DNA of 64,000 nt from Amoebophrya sp. A120 (taxonomy: Eukaryota > Protista > Dinoflagellata), in assembly GCA_905178155.1 (NCBI GenBank), contig CAJINV010000004.1, forward strand, positions 5,492,734-5,556,733, read 5' to 3'. Each line of letters starts with the position of its first letter. The stretch's first letter is position 1. The translations under genes were made by a program, and so were the position numbers. The notes beneath the pieces are model-generated. The model ran no database searches and was not told where the DNA came from. It was given only the letters and a program-made list of their open reading frames with translations. Positions 36,444-48,321 of this stretch are shown piece by piece.

Positions 36444-39400
36444 TTGACAGATACCCCGCTTCTCGCCCGAGACGCACCTACGCCGTCGTCACCGAAGGTG
36501 ACCAGCCTTCTCCATCTCGTACGCCCACCACCCGTATTTGACCTCCCGCTCCTGCCAAGACGCACTGTTCCAGGCACCCCTCCGCGAACGAGCGTCGCCC
36601 TCGTGCCCCCCAAGGATCTGAGCCCAGACCCGCCATCTGAGTTCAGAATCACCGAATCCGAACTTAGCCACAGCGTTCAATTTGATCCAATGGACCACGC
36701 GATGCTACAGGAAGCGATCGACAGCGAGGACGCCATAGGTAAGGAGACCGAGGACAAGAAGACAGTGAGACTCCGCATGAATCCCACTTCGCCGTCTACA
36801 GCTGGTATAAAAAATCGACTCTGTGTTAATCAAAATCGACTCTTGCATGCGAGCAAGGATGTATCGCATGGAATGAAACCCGCCTTGCCTGTCATGCAAT
36901 CCCCCCCCTCCCATGGTGGGCCCACGTGGCACCCTGCTACACGATGGTGTGATAATATCAAGCGCTTGGCTTTGCAGGTATCATAGATGAGCAGCCACCA
37001 GCTGAAACGCAAGAAACCGAGGCTGGCGTGCCCCCATTACCGCCTTCAGGCGACACCAAGAACAAGCTTCCCGCCCCGACAGAACCAGAGGCGCCGAAAC
37101 AAACCACGACCATCGGACCGCACGATCGAGAAAGGATGGACAGCATAGTGAAGAAAATCAAAGCACAGCAGGAGGAGCGTGCGCGGGAGAGAGCCAAACA
37201 GCAACAAGCTGCTTCCTCTTCTCTCTTCGGTATCAAGAGCTCGTCGGTGCCATTTGATCAGTCGCATCCCCCGGTACTAGGAAACTTCATCAACAGGGAA
37301 AAAACAGCTACGGCGCTCTTCCTCGGCCCGTCCCCAATCAAGAAATCTTCCTCGCCGCGCCGAGTCACCTCGACGCTCGCCGACTACAAGTTCGACCCAT
37401 CACAACCGAGCATATTCGATCTGGGAAAACAAATCCGGAGCGACCAAGGAACAACTCGCAATCGATGCTCCTCGTTGGCGCCGCAGGACGACGAGTTCGA
37501 CCTGTTCGGCAAACAGAGCAGCAACAAAAGCGACCACACAGCAAAGAACACAGCGACCAGCAGTACCTCCCAGCAAAAAGGCAAGGATGAGGAGGCCAAG
37601 CCAGCGACAAGCAAGGCCAATACCGAAAAGAAAACAACCGCTCGCAGCAAAAAGGCGGACACAGGAGAAAAAGCCAGCACAGGCAACAAGCGATCACGCA
37701 GCAAAAGCTCGGACCAAGAAGACGCGTCCAAAAAGTCCAGAGGACGGCCGAAGAAGCATGCGGCCCCCCCAGCGGATAAACAGCCAGCAACATCCTCTGT
37801 CTTCGCACAACCCGCGGCAGCACTCCCACCGGTGCCGAAAGCGGAGGAGCGCACAACAGCGGAGGTACTCCCGCGAGGCATCCTGAAGAACGCCATTGCA
37901 GCCGACAGACCCACGATGCAACCCTTCAAGGTCCCGCCGTTGAAAATTGACCCAGTCGGTGATCGAAGCAAGCTCAACAGGTTTCAGCTGGTCACAGCGC
38001 GTCTACGTCGACAGCCACCGCATGGACTACTGGGGCCGATTGCAAGAACGAGTACCAAAAGGAGCTGATGGCTACAGCATCACATTTAGCAGTGGACTCC
38101 CGTTCCAAGAAATAATGCGTCGATTCGAACTAGTACAAGTGCAACTTGACCGAGCACCATCGGCGTCGGCTCTCCGAGACCTGCAATCCAAATTGTTCAT
38201 CAACGTCCACAAAGACAGGTGCCCAGCGTCCCTGGACGCTGGGGACTGGGGAGTAAGATGCTATCCGAAGAATGCGGGATTAGCACTTTTGACAGGAGCG
38301 ACACGACGACCCGACTTCACCTATCCACAGCACCCAGGTGATGATGCACTTGGGCACGCGTTCACGAACAAGCATTGCAGTGACCGATACTGGAAAAGGT
38401 ATATCCCCCCCCTCCCCTCTCTCTACTCTTTGTCTGTCATGCAGATCCGTGTCATGCGAATGCCACTAATGAGAGCAGACCTCTGAGCGCACATTATTGC
38501 AATATCAACCATCACACACTAATCACAGCGTGGTACGCGGCGACATACTGAGCGACGCAGTTTGCTTATCCGCCCCGGCGAGAGACCAGACGTCACTAAC
38601 GCTAATGACGGTGATACCGAAAGACCTCAAACTCCCAGCCCACTCAGTACGATACGCCTGGTATCATGCAAAACGAGCAGGATGTGTCCCGAACTGGCTA
38701 GCAGAACACATAGAGGGACGCTTCGCGCGATATGCACAAGTGCCGATGCAAGGCGCCGTCATTGATGAACTCCACCAATTTCCGGAAAGCCCCATGCAGT
38801 TGGAACCAACTTTGTACCTGATGTACCTCGACTGGCTGGAATTCTGCCGCATCATATGGCCGCTACACAAGGATCTCAACAGCCGGACGATGAGGGAGCA
38901 CGCGAGGCACTTCCACAGGGCGGCCGTGCACCTGGGGCAGACCAACCGAAAAAGGTATTACCAGCCGAAGCATTGCAAGCCAGCAGGCGCTGAGTTCACA
39001 AAACAAAATGACCTGCTCCGGAAACTTCTGGTGGAGAATGACATGCAGGCCATGCAGCACTACGACGATCTCCATCCCATCCATCTGGACCAGCGCAAAG
39101 AAGTCCCCTTTGATCAGGTCGAAGCAACCACGTCCGAGGACGAGGACGAAGAGGATGATGGCGAGGAACTCTCGGACGACTACATCGAAGCAGAAGAAAC
39201 CAATGCCACCAGCGCAGCAGAATCTACTGCCCAATCCGAGAAAGAGGAGCCATCGGCGAAGAAACCGGTTAAGAAGCGTACATCAACAGCCGCGCGGTCC
39301 ACATCTCAGCCTCGAAAAACCGCCGCTGCTACCACACGGCGCAAAAAGACGGACCCCCCGCAGGCCTCCTCGACCACGGCAGCAGCAGTGCCCACCGTGT

Positions 39401-41317
39401 TAGAACAAACCACGGGTACGGCGCCCAACCGGCGACGCCGCGACAGCAGAGGCGACAGTCGCGGAAGACGACAACGCAGAAGAGACAGCAGAGGACGCGG
39501 AAGCAGAGCAACGGCTCCACACAGCAGACCAGTCCAACTAGCCGCCAACATCCTCCCATCTCATCGCACCTGCAGCCGATCTGTGTCGCCCGGCGACCCA
39601 GTCGATCGGTACAGGAGATCCTCCTTCTCGCCAGTACAAAGCACGACCTTGCTCCAGCAAACGAGTTCCAAAGGAGCTGGAAAAGGAGGAGGCGACCCAT
39701 TCTCATTCACCAGGGATCGGCGACCAAGACAGCGACAACGATCACCCATAAGCATATCGTCGGCATCGCAGTCACCAGCCCAGTCCCCCAGTCGGCGCCG
39801 GCGTCACGATCGCAGCCGCCAACGACGGAACAATGAGCAGGATGATCAGGATCCGATCAGCCGCCTCATCACCGCGCTTACTGGTCGCGCCGAGTCAGCT
39901 ACAGACTCGGCGCCAAGGGAGCGGTGCCGTCTCACCAACCGGAGATATTACAAAGAAGCAATCGGCATAAACTACGACCACTACAACAACAAGACCCCGC
40001 ACTTTGAAGCTGACTCCGCGCACTTCTACGTGACGGTGGGCAGTGTGACAGTGAAACTCAGCCCAGTACTGTTCTGCCACCTCATGCAAGTTGTCGACGG
40101 CCACCGCTCTTGGACCGCGGAAAAATATGCAAAGGTGAGCAACATATTCCACACATTGCACGAAGGCTCCTCTCTCATTTCCGGAGACGACAACGATGAG
40201 CGGATTCAGAAACAAGCACTAGTAGCAATCGCGACGAATCAACCGGCCCTCGACGTGCCCTACACGCGCGCACAAGCGAAAACGAAGGTAGAAGACATGT
40301 GGACTGCCCCGATTATCGGCGCCCAGCACAAAGACCAGATGATCAGCATCCTCGTCGCCCTGTCTCTCCGACAAGCGGTCAGCGGTGCTGGACTACAACC
40401 ATCGTTCTTCGGCGTCACGTATGAACTCCTCTCCACGGCCAAAAAGGAGTTCCAGGCAGCAGTGCAAGCAAGCGGCTATCTCAACGTCTCAAGTAACTGG
40501 ACAAGAAGTCGCAGATGAGCCGACATTGAAGAAAACGTTAAAAGACTTCAGTGTCGCCTCGATTGTACTGCTAACGCCTTACGTGTTCAAGCTCTGGAAC
40601 CAGGATTACGAGCAATGCCACCGCATGCGGGCGTCAATCTGCAAAATTCCCAAAGCGGGGACCTGGGTGAAGATCAACCCGGTGGTCGCATTTCACGAGG
40701 TCATCAACTTCTTGCTGCTAGAGAACCCATCGAGCAAGCCGTCCCCGGCGCAATATGTGAAGTCGTTGCAACACCTACACATTCATTGCGGCACGGGCCA
40801 CGCAGGCGGCGTCCCCCCGTCCTTCACCTCGGATTTCTCCTTCGGTACATCAGTGAGCAACACCGCAGCAGCGTCTACTACAACAACAAAAGCTGCTACG
40901 ACTACGACCACAACCACCACGGCTAAAACTAAAGCGGAGCGGCTGCGGGAGCAGAAAGCCAAGAAACAAGCCAAGAAAAAGGCGGAACAGGAGAAGAAGA
41001 AATCGTTTAAAGAACGAGGCGAAGCTCGAGCCAGCACTTTTCATGAAATTGAGAATCAGGTTATCTGTCAAATAGCTGATAGTTTTGATGGACCAGATCC
41101 AAAAGTACGGCTGCGCCAACCTGGCGTGTGCATATGCGATGTAGCTAGAGAAATGGGCTTGACACGCACAACCAAGGATGGCAGCGAGCAGTTGACTCAA
41201 TGTCGACCCAAATCTAAGCACGTCAAGGGCAAAGGCAAAGTCGCAGTTTCTCGACCATGCGAGTCACGACATAAAGAAACCAAAAAGATTGCTGCTCTGT
41301 ACAAGGTGAAGGCGTAA
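36444..41317 (+). CDS. Putative gag-like polyprotein of the DIRS-like element (spliced, two +1 frame offsets)
   Basis: ORFs 36444, 37028, 37947, 38497 and 40385 link through in-frame GT-AG introns 36805-36977 and 38399-38528 and overlapping +1 frames near 38000 and 40500. Has Arg/Ser-rich and Cys/His-rich regions and lies upstream of RT. Confidence 0.5.
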
Positions 41318-41593
41318 ATACCCCATCAGAACACAATATCGCCAGCGTCTTCGCGCGCAGCACAGTTGTTTGCAACCTCCGCCATTGGCTGTGGCTTTTT
41401 GTACAAAGACAAAGTAAGCAAGTGTTCCCAGCATTCAATCGCGTGTCGTGGTCATTCGGAAAATGCAGCTCTGTTACACGTTCGTCATCGGATCCACGAG
41501 CCCAGATCTCGTTGCACCTGTGTCGAAGCGCCAACAGTTGCAAAATAGCAGCAGCAACTCGCCATTTACGCTAGTACTTTACCCCAAAAGCAA

Positions 41594-43683
41594 ATGAAAA
41601 TGCCACGCCTCGCCCTCTCGTGTCTCGCTGCAGTCACCATGTCGCTTCTTGCCCCGACCCCGGAGGAAGTCATCGCAGACTTAGCCAAATACGCCGCGCC
41701 GTCCGATCAGGTATAAGTACAGCGCTCATGTTGGTAATCGGAAGACCTACTATGCATATCTCAGCCCCCTTCATAGGCAACGCATACTACCACCCACCAC
41801 AGGAAAAACTGGAAAGGGTGGAGCGCCTCCAGATGGCCCTGGAAGACGTCCGCAGCAACTCGGTGCGACCCGAGCAACAGGATCTCCTCGCGCAATATGA
41901 AGCAGAGCGGGCCAAGGTGCCTCATTTGCAAGCACTACACGAATTCTACGCGCGGGATCGGCCAGACATATGCAAGACCAAAACATATGTCAAGCAGCCT
42001 CTCATGTGGTGGAACCTCGCCAAACGCCACGACTACCTCCAGCACGCCATCACGATCAACAAAGTAGTACTCGATCAGCTGGCGCCGCCCGGTCCGGAAG
42101 ACGAACCACCGCTCGAAACGATGGCAGATCGGGTATATGGTCCCAAAGGTTACCTCAGCACGGGATTTCCGCACCGCGGACCGATTGAGCTATACAAAAT
42201 CTGGCACAGAGCCAAGGACATGACCCCCGACGAGACCGTCCGCTACCTAAATTGCCCCACCACGCAGGAAGCAACTGACGACGCCCTTGCCAAGCTCAAT
42301 TTCACAAGGACAACTCCGCACACCTTCGAGACGCCGGAGATGCTCCAGCGCGGCTGGGACGAGCTCCAAGGCAACATATTCAACCCAGACGACCCGAACT
42401 CTGCCCCTGTTCTCATGCGAGCCGATGCAACACCGGAGCAGATGCTAGGGAAAACAGTCATCCCCATATTCCACATCGGCCAAAGATGGGACCACGAGAA
42501 GCAGCACTTCTCCAAGATAAGAGGAATCGCCAACGAAAAACACGCGAACAAAGTGGCGTCGGCCTACGGAGAACACATGACGATGCCCCACCTCCCAGTC
42601 TGCATTGAGAGATGCCGCGCATGCCTCTGCCCTGGACGGGCCCCGCCCCTGGTCGAACTCAAGAAGCACCTCAGGGAACAATTGGAGCAGGAAAGAAAGC
42701 GATCCGGCAACTGGCAGGATTGGAAGATGGTGGACGTCAACATCAAAGGGCGCACCAAGCGAGTAGGTGGCTTCACGCCATTCATCAGCAAAATTGACAA
42801 ATGGCAGGCATATTTCCAACTCCCCAATAACAAACCCAGCGAATACTACATGGCAGCGTGGAACCCAAAGGAACAACGCTACAAATTCTTCATCAACAAC
42901 GCCATGTCCTTCGGCAATCTCCATTCGGTATACCATTACTGCGGAGCAGTCAGCGGCTACGTGGAAACAATGATAGAGCGATGCCTCGGCATCAGCTGCC
43001 TGCGCTATGTGGACGACGTCATCCTGTTCACCCCTGAATGGATGGCCCCAGCAGCGCGCCAGGCAGTCAAGCAGTTTCTCGGCCTCCTCGGACTCGCATC
43101 GGCCGACAGGAAAGACATCATAGCGCAACGGAATGTGCCCACCGATGTGCTAGGCGTCGACGCCACCAGCTCCGCCGACGACGTCTCATTCGCAATGGCA
43201 CCAGAAAAAGTCGCCAAAGCAGTGACCACAGTCACACGGATGCAGAGCGCGATCCTCGACAGATCGTGTGCCCTCCTCGACGTACAGCAAGCACTAGGAG
43301 TCACCTGCAGTCACATCTTCGCCAGAAGATGCCTAGACCACAGCCCCGCTGTGCGCCTACTAGCCAAGTACACAGCCCCGCGAGTCATCTCCAACCTCAT
43401 CACGCAGGGCACCGATTCGCACGTGCTAGCAGTAGCAGCCATGGTTGAAGAGGCGAAGCAAGCTATCAAGGAAAATAAGCCGCTATCTCTTGCGGCGCGC
43501 CTGAATGGAGCCGCGACTGTAGAAATCTTCACTGATGCAGCAGCAGAAGGCAACGATGTATATGTTGGGGGAGTCATCTTCACAGCCGACGAGCCAGTCC
43601 CTCTCTGTTTCTCGTACCACTTCACGCATGGCCCGAACGGGCCTCCAGGCAGCACCCAGCTTCCAGTTGGGCTTGCTACGTGA
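41594..43683 (+). CDS. DIRS-type reverse transcriptase and N-terminal half of RNase H
   Basis: KIDKWQAYFQLP, AMSFGNLHSV, LRYVDDVILF, LGLLG..K..LGV and IFTDAA..VGGVI; probable GT-AG intron 41711-41802 at the N-terminus. Confidence 0.88.
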
Positions 43684-44101
43684 CGAGAAGATTTTTGTGT
43701 ACGAACTGCTTGCAGTCTATCTCGCAGGAGAGTTCTGGCAAAACTACATCCGACACGCGAGAGGAATCAGCCACATCGACAATTGTGGCTCGGCATACGC
43801 TATCATTCGCGGAGCATCATCGGCTGTCGCCGGGTCAGTCCTGTCTTCGATGATCGCTCAACTATGGAGGGGGCTGGAATTTACTCCAGTCATTCACTAC
43901 ATCAACACAAAGCGCAATCCAGCGGACGCGCTGACGCGACTATCTCTGATGCAAGCATTCTTTAAGCTAACATCCGCCGATAACAGGTCCGCTGAATATG
44001 GTGAATTACTCAGGCAAGCGATCGACAATGCCGCTACTCGCATCCAAAACTTCAAGCTCAAGTACGAGGAAGCCCTCGTCAGCAAATCCACCACGGGCTA
44101 A
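43660..44101 (+). CDS. C-terminal half of DIRS-type RNase H (+1 frame relative to RT)
   Basis: IFVYELLAV, HIDN and YINTKRNPADALTR complete the D-E-D-D tetrad begun by FTDAA in the preceding frame. Confidence 0.85.
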
Positions 44102-45160
44102 AAACATAGCAAGGGACCCCGATGCACGCCTCGAGTATCAAGACCAGCTCTGGGTGTGGCCGATGGAGGCGAGCTTTCCCCATCAATCTGTCAAGCAGCG
44201 GGAAGCTCATTGGACGTCGTTCGTTAGCTGGTGGAATTCATTAACCACCACCAAACCCAGCGACCGAATCTACATCCCGAAATACGGCGAACCGATGACG
44301 CACCTCCAGTGCCCCACGTTCACCTACCTGCGAGAAATTTACAGCGTCTCGGAGTTCCTCATCGAGATGGACATGAGCCGAAGCCAGGCAAATTACACCT
44401 GCGCGGTCATCTCCAGACTAAAGCAAATAGGTGCTTTTTCTTTCTTTTCGTGGCACCTTGCGTCGCTATGTGTCTTGCATCATTCGACAACTCGTGATCA
44501 AACGCATCCTCTGAATCAACAACAGGCAAAATGGAAGTCACTGACAACATGAAGCTGCTCACCAACTCCGTCAATCGGCTACGGGAGCAATTCTCTGCCG
44601 CAAAAGCCAAACCGGTGACAGCGGCCAGGGTGAAACTACTCAACCAAATAGACAAGAACATTGCACGCTTCTGGGTTTGCTCCGGACTGCGAGCTGCCTC
44701 AATGCAGTCAATCGACATCGTCAAGCCCAACACAGACGACCCAAAGTGGGCGACCGCGTTGGTGACAACCAAGTGCAGCTCAACGGTATCGCAGGTCCAA
44801 TTTCCCTCCTACGTCCCAGCGAGACTCAGCGGCATGTCACTCCCCTACACCGCCGCCAAGCTAGCGCTAGCGGCCAAACACGCAGGAACCACAGGACATG
44901 GCCCCAGAAGAACGCTTGCGTTAGTGGTACGCAAGGCAGTGGCACGTTGCAACATCAAAGAGCTCAATCAAGTTCCAAATGAGACACAAAAGCGCATTTC
45001 TCTCCATTTTGATTGGAGCAGCAACAACTGGATGACCAGTTTTCGTGGGTACACACTCGACTACAAGGATCATCTAGACGCACCACTATTTGTGGCCAAA
45101 GAAGCCTTCAATTATCTCACAGAAGAACTTCACCAACCGATCGACAAAGATGAATATTGA
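43998..45160 (+). CDS. Tyrosine recombinase (phage-integrase fold), 2 exons
   Basis: Catalytic pattern SGLR...TKC...GHGPRR...HFDW...GY; GT-AG intron 44431-44525 joins the upstream ORF in frame (KQI|GKMEV). Confidence 0.8.
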
Positions 45161-45316
45161 TGGAAAAGAATTTTTTCAAAAACAAAGAGGTCAGTTTCTG
45201 TCGAACAGCGCCGACTTCGAGCGCGCTTTGCTTTTTCTTCCAAAAAAAAAATGCTCTGTCTTGTTCTTGAGCAGGGACCACAGCACAGCGACACATCATA
45301 GGACCACGTAGTAGCC

Positions 45317-45703
45317 ATGTTGCCCTTTAAGAAGGAAAGCAGTCCGATGACGCCAGAAGAGTTCTCTCAGGATTTTGAAAAGAGTGCCGCCATCTTCTTT
45401 TACAACTACGTCTCCATGCAGAAAATAATCTCACATGATGCGTTTGTTTGTGTCCAGGCGCAGAGCGATAAATTATGGAGAGACTCGTATCGCGAGGCTA
45501 TCTCTGCGTGCAAAGATGAGAAATTGAAGAAAGCACTCAATGAGCGCGCCAGCAAGATATTCCTCCGGAAATGCCTGTCCGAAGAGGAGTGCCTCGACAC
45601 CACGCTTGCGCGGCTCTCCGCGTCCCGTGCCCGCTACGACGATCAGGCGACCAAGCCCGACCGGCTCCCTCTACCCCTGGACCGACGGCCGGGAAGCCGT
45701 TGA
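45317..45703 (+). CDS. Hypothetical element accessory ORF
   Basis: ATG-initiated 128-aa helical-looking ORF downstream of the recombinase; no family recognised. Confidence 0.4.
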   Translation: MLPFKKESSPMTPEEFSQDFEKSAAIFFYNYVSMQKIISHDAFVCVQAQSDKLWRDSYREAISACKDEKLKKALNERASKIFLRKCLSEEECLDTTLARLSASRARYDDQATKPDRLPLPLDRRPGSR

Positions 45704-46042
45704 CTTCATTCTCTTCTGCGACGACCGTGAATCTGCCCCCTCGCCCTCGACGCCCGCGTCTTCATCCTCCTCCTCGAAGACAACTATCGGGACCAGCGAT
45801 GACACCAAGAAACAGGACACCGAGAAGAAGTATTCTTATTTTTTCTTAGGTCTTGGCCTGTTGTTGCCTGTGTTTTGGTATGCGCGCAGTCACATGCGAT
45901 GCATTCGATCAGCTCAAACTCGAAACACAGGTAATTTGGCGCCCGCCCGATCACCACCGGTACCAACGGCACAACACACACCACAAGCACCCACCCCACA
46001 CAAAAAAGGTATAGTCTCTCCCTATTTTGTGATGTCTTAGTG

Positions 46043-46420
46043 ATGATGCAGAACTTCACTTCTAGTTCCATGCCCCCCTCCATAACCATGCATAAGCGAA
46101 AGAACACTACAGGTGCCGACACACCGACCTACCGTGTAGTAGAACACTGCGTGTCGCCATGGTGCCTGGCAGCTGTGCCACCGGTGGAGGAAGATGTAAT
46201 CGGTCGTCTCCTGGAGGATGCCAAAAAACGACTGCAGTGCACGCGAGATCTACTGAAAGAACATGCGTCGAGACTCAGCAACACTGACTCGCGCGCGCTA
46301 GTAGAAGACTTTCTCGCGATCACAACGGAAATGCGCTACTTTTTAGACCTCGCTGACCACGTCTCTCTCGTGATCCAAAAGCGACAAACCCGGACCTCAG
46401 CCTGTATGTTGTGTTTCTGA
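46043..46420 (+). CDS. Hypothetical element accessory ORF or exon
   Basis: Co-oriented ORF with a coiled-coil-like segment; no family recognised. Confidence 0.3.
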   Translation: MMQNFTSSSMPPSITMHKRKNTTGADTPTYRVVEHCVSPWCLAAVPPVEEDVIGRLLEDAKKRLQCTRDLLKEHASRLSNTDSRALVEDFLAITTEMRYFLDLADHVSLVIQKRQTRTSACMLCF

Positions 46421-48321
46421 AAGTGCCGTATTGCGAACTGCCGTCAAACACGGCTCAGGTAGAAGAACCTCAGACAGACAAATCAAGCTGCTCTGTTTCT
46501 GAATTCCAAGAAATATTATCGTGGGATGAGTCCCATCGTCCAGATTCTTTTCAAAAAATATATATTTCTTCGATCGAGTACCCATTTCTCTCCCTGCATC
46601 TGATTTGAGCGATTCCTTCTAGTCTCGATCTCCATCAAATTCGAATGATGATTCGTTTCATTCTGATCCGCAGATGAGTGATGCAATTCAACATCGGTTG
46701 AAGGCACACACGCTTACCCAAATGAATGAAACCGCATGCAGCAAACCATGCGTCCCGGACGATTCCGTGGCCCCACAGTTACCACAGTGTTCTGAAAGTA
46801 TGGCACTACCATAGCCCCGCAAAGGCATCACAACTGGCGGGAGGGCGGGCCTCAGGCAGCACGATTGGGAGTATAGTCTAGCTCACATCAGAGCCGAAGG
46901 CTATGTGTGCTCTAGGGGTGAGGCCCACTGCCCGCCCCGCCACTTCTGAAGGACGCTCGCGGTGCGTTTCAGCGTTCGGGTGTGTGCTCGCGCACCACCA
47001 AACGGCGACCTTGCCCCCCTTCGGGGGCGGGGGCCGCTGTAGGCACCCATCGGTCCGTGAACGGACGAAGACCATACAGTATGGGCATTGGCACCTGCAT
47101 AATAGTTAAGATACTAAAAACAAAGTGGGGGCGCCACTAGAATCCATCGCGGTGTTTCTTGTCCTTTTTGTGAGTATTTATCGCAGAAAGGAAGCCCCCG
47201 GGTCGTGTATTTGCTTTGCCACTGCATTTTTGACAATTCTGCCCGATTACTTTTACTGCCACAAGTTCTGCACGACTGCGCCGGAGAAATAGATTGTAGC
47301 GATCCGCACTACGATTATAGTGAGTTCCGGCCAGCTTGTCGGTGATGTGTATTTTTCGCTGACAGCCAGGAGAGATGATTCTAGAAGTAGAAGCAAACAC
47401 CTGATTGTCAGTAGGAATACCAGAACAGCTGGCTGTGCAGCAGTCCTGACTAATTGAAATGAGTTTTATTGAGCAGCAATAATATGATTATAAGATATCC
47501 AGGTTGAATAAAACGAGAATACAGTAGGCGAGAAGTCAAGCTTTTGAAAAGTTTTTTTGGGTTTCCAATATTTTGGGCGAGCAAGAATTGCAGTTCATTG
47601 TGTGGTTCGCTGCTGACAACAGTCTATTTTTACTGAGAATAATTATTCTGTTATTTAAGCAAAAAATATTTCTGTAGCAGCAATGTTAGTTTTTTCGAGG
47701 AGTAAGAAACGCAAAGGTGTACAAAGGTTATTCAAAAACAGTGCATTTGATGTACTTGTGGAAATGAAATAATCGCATGACTAGGCCGATTTCCACAGGT
47801 ACACTCTAGAAGTGCACGTTCTTGGGAACGAGGAAAAATACGTAGGACATTACAACGCAGTATGTCGATACAACAGAAAAAAGAGAAAACTCAGACACGT
47901 ACGATAAGGTAATTTTACGACGCATTGAATGCCGTATCTTTCCAATTTAAAACTTATGTGTTTTATCTGGATGTGGGCGAGCAGACGAGTCCTGCATTTG
48001 GTTGAGGCGAGGTACTGAAAGAACTGATCAGGACAAGGAGAATAAAGTCATTTGTTTTGATATCACACGCGGAAAAACAAAACAACCTGCGTGGCGGTGT
48101 CTCGAAAAACATCGTATAGAAAACTTGTTGGCCGGGGCCCGTGCGCGAGCAACTCAACGAGGACCTGCACTCAATCACGTCGAAGAGGTCCTATTTTCGT
48201 GTTCAGTACAAGGGAAAAAAATCACGTGATTCTATTGCCCAAAATTGCACGACTTCAGCCCGCTCCGAGCGGATACGGCCGTAGAGTAGAATCATGCAAG
48301 TGAGTTGTACGGAAATCTGTC

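Larger units (their letters stand above)
31744..47108 (+). mobile_element. Large tyrosine-recombinase retrotransposon (DIRS order) with accessory ORFs; boundaries approximate
   Basis: RT, RNase H and tyrosine recombinase in DIRS order; co-oriented ORFs; no introners; diverged inverted similarity between 31744-31790 and 47043-47108. Confidence 0.75.

Noticed and set aside
43998-45160. Prophage or bacterial integrative element, suggested by the integrase fold
   Set aside because: It is adjacent to DIRS-type RT/RNase H, contains a spliceosomal-type intron, and no phage genes are present.
46878-47100. Hammerhead, HDV or group II domain V ribozyme in the GC-rich hairpin region
   Set aside because: I could not place the required cores (CUGANGA...GAAA, etc.) in the correct order; kept only as structured termini.
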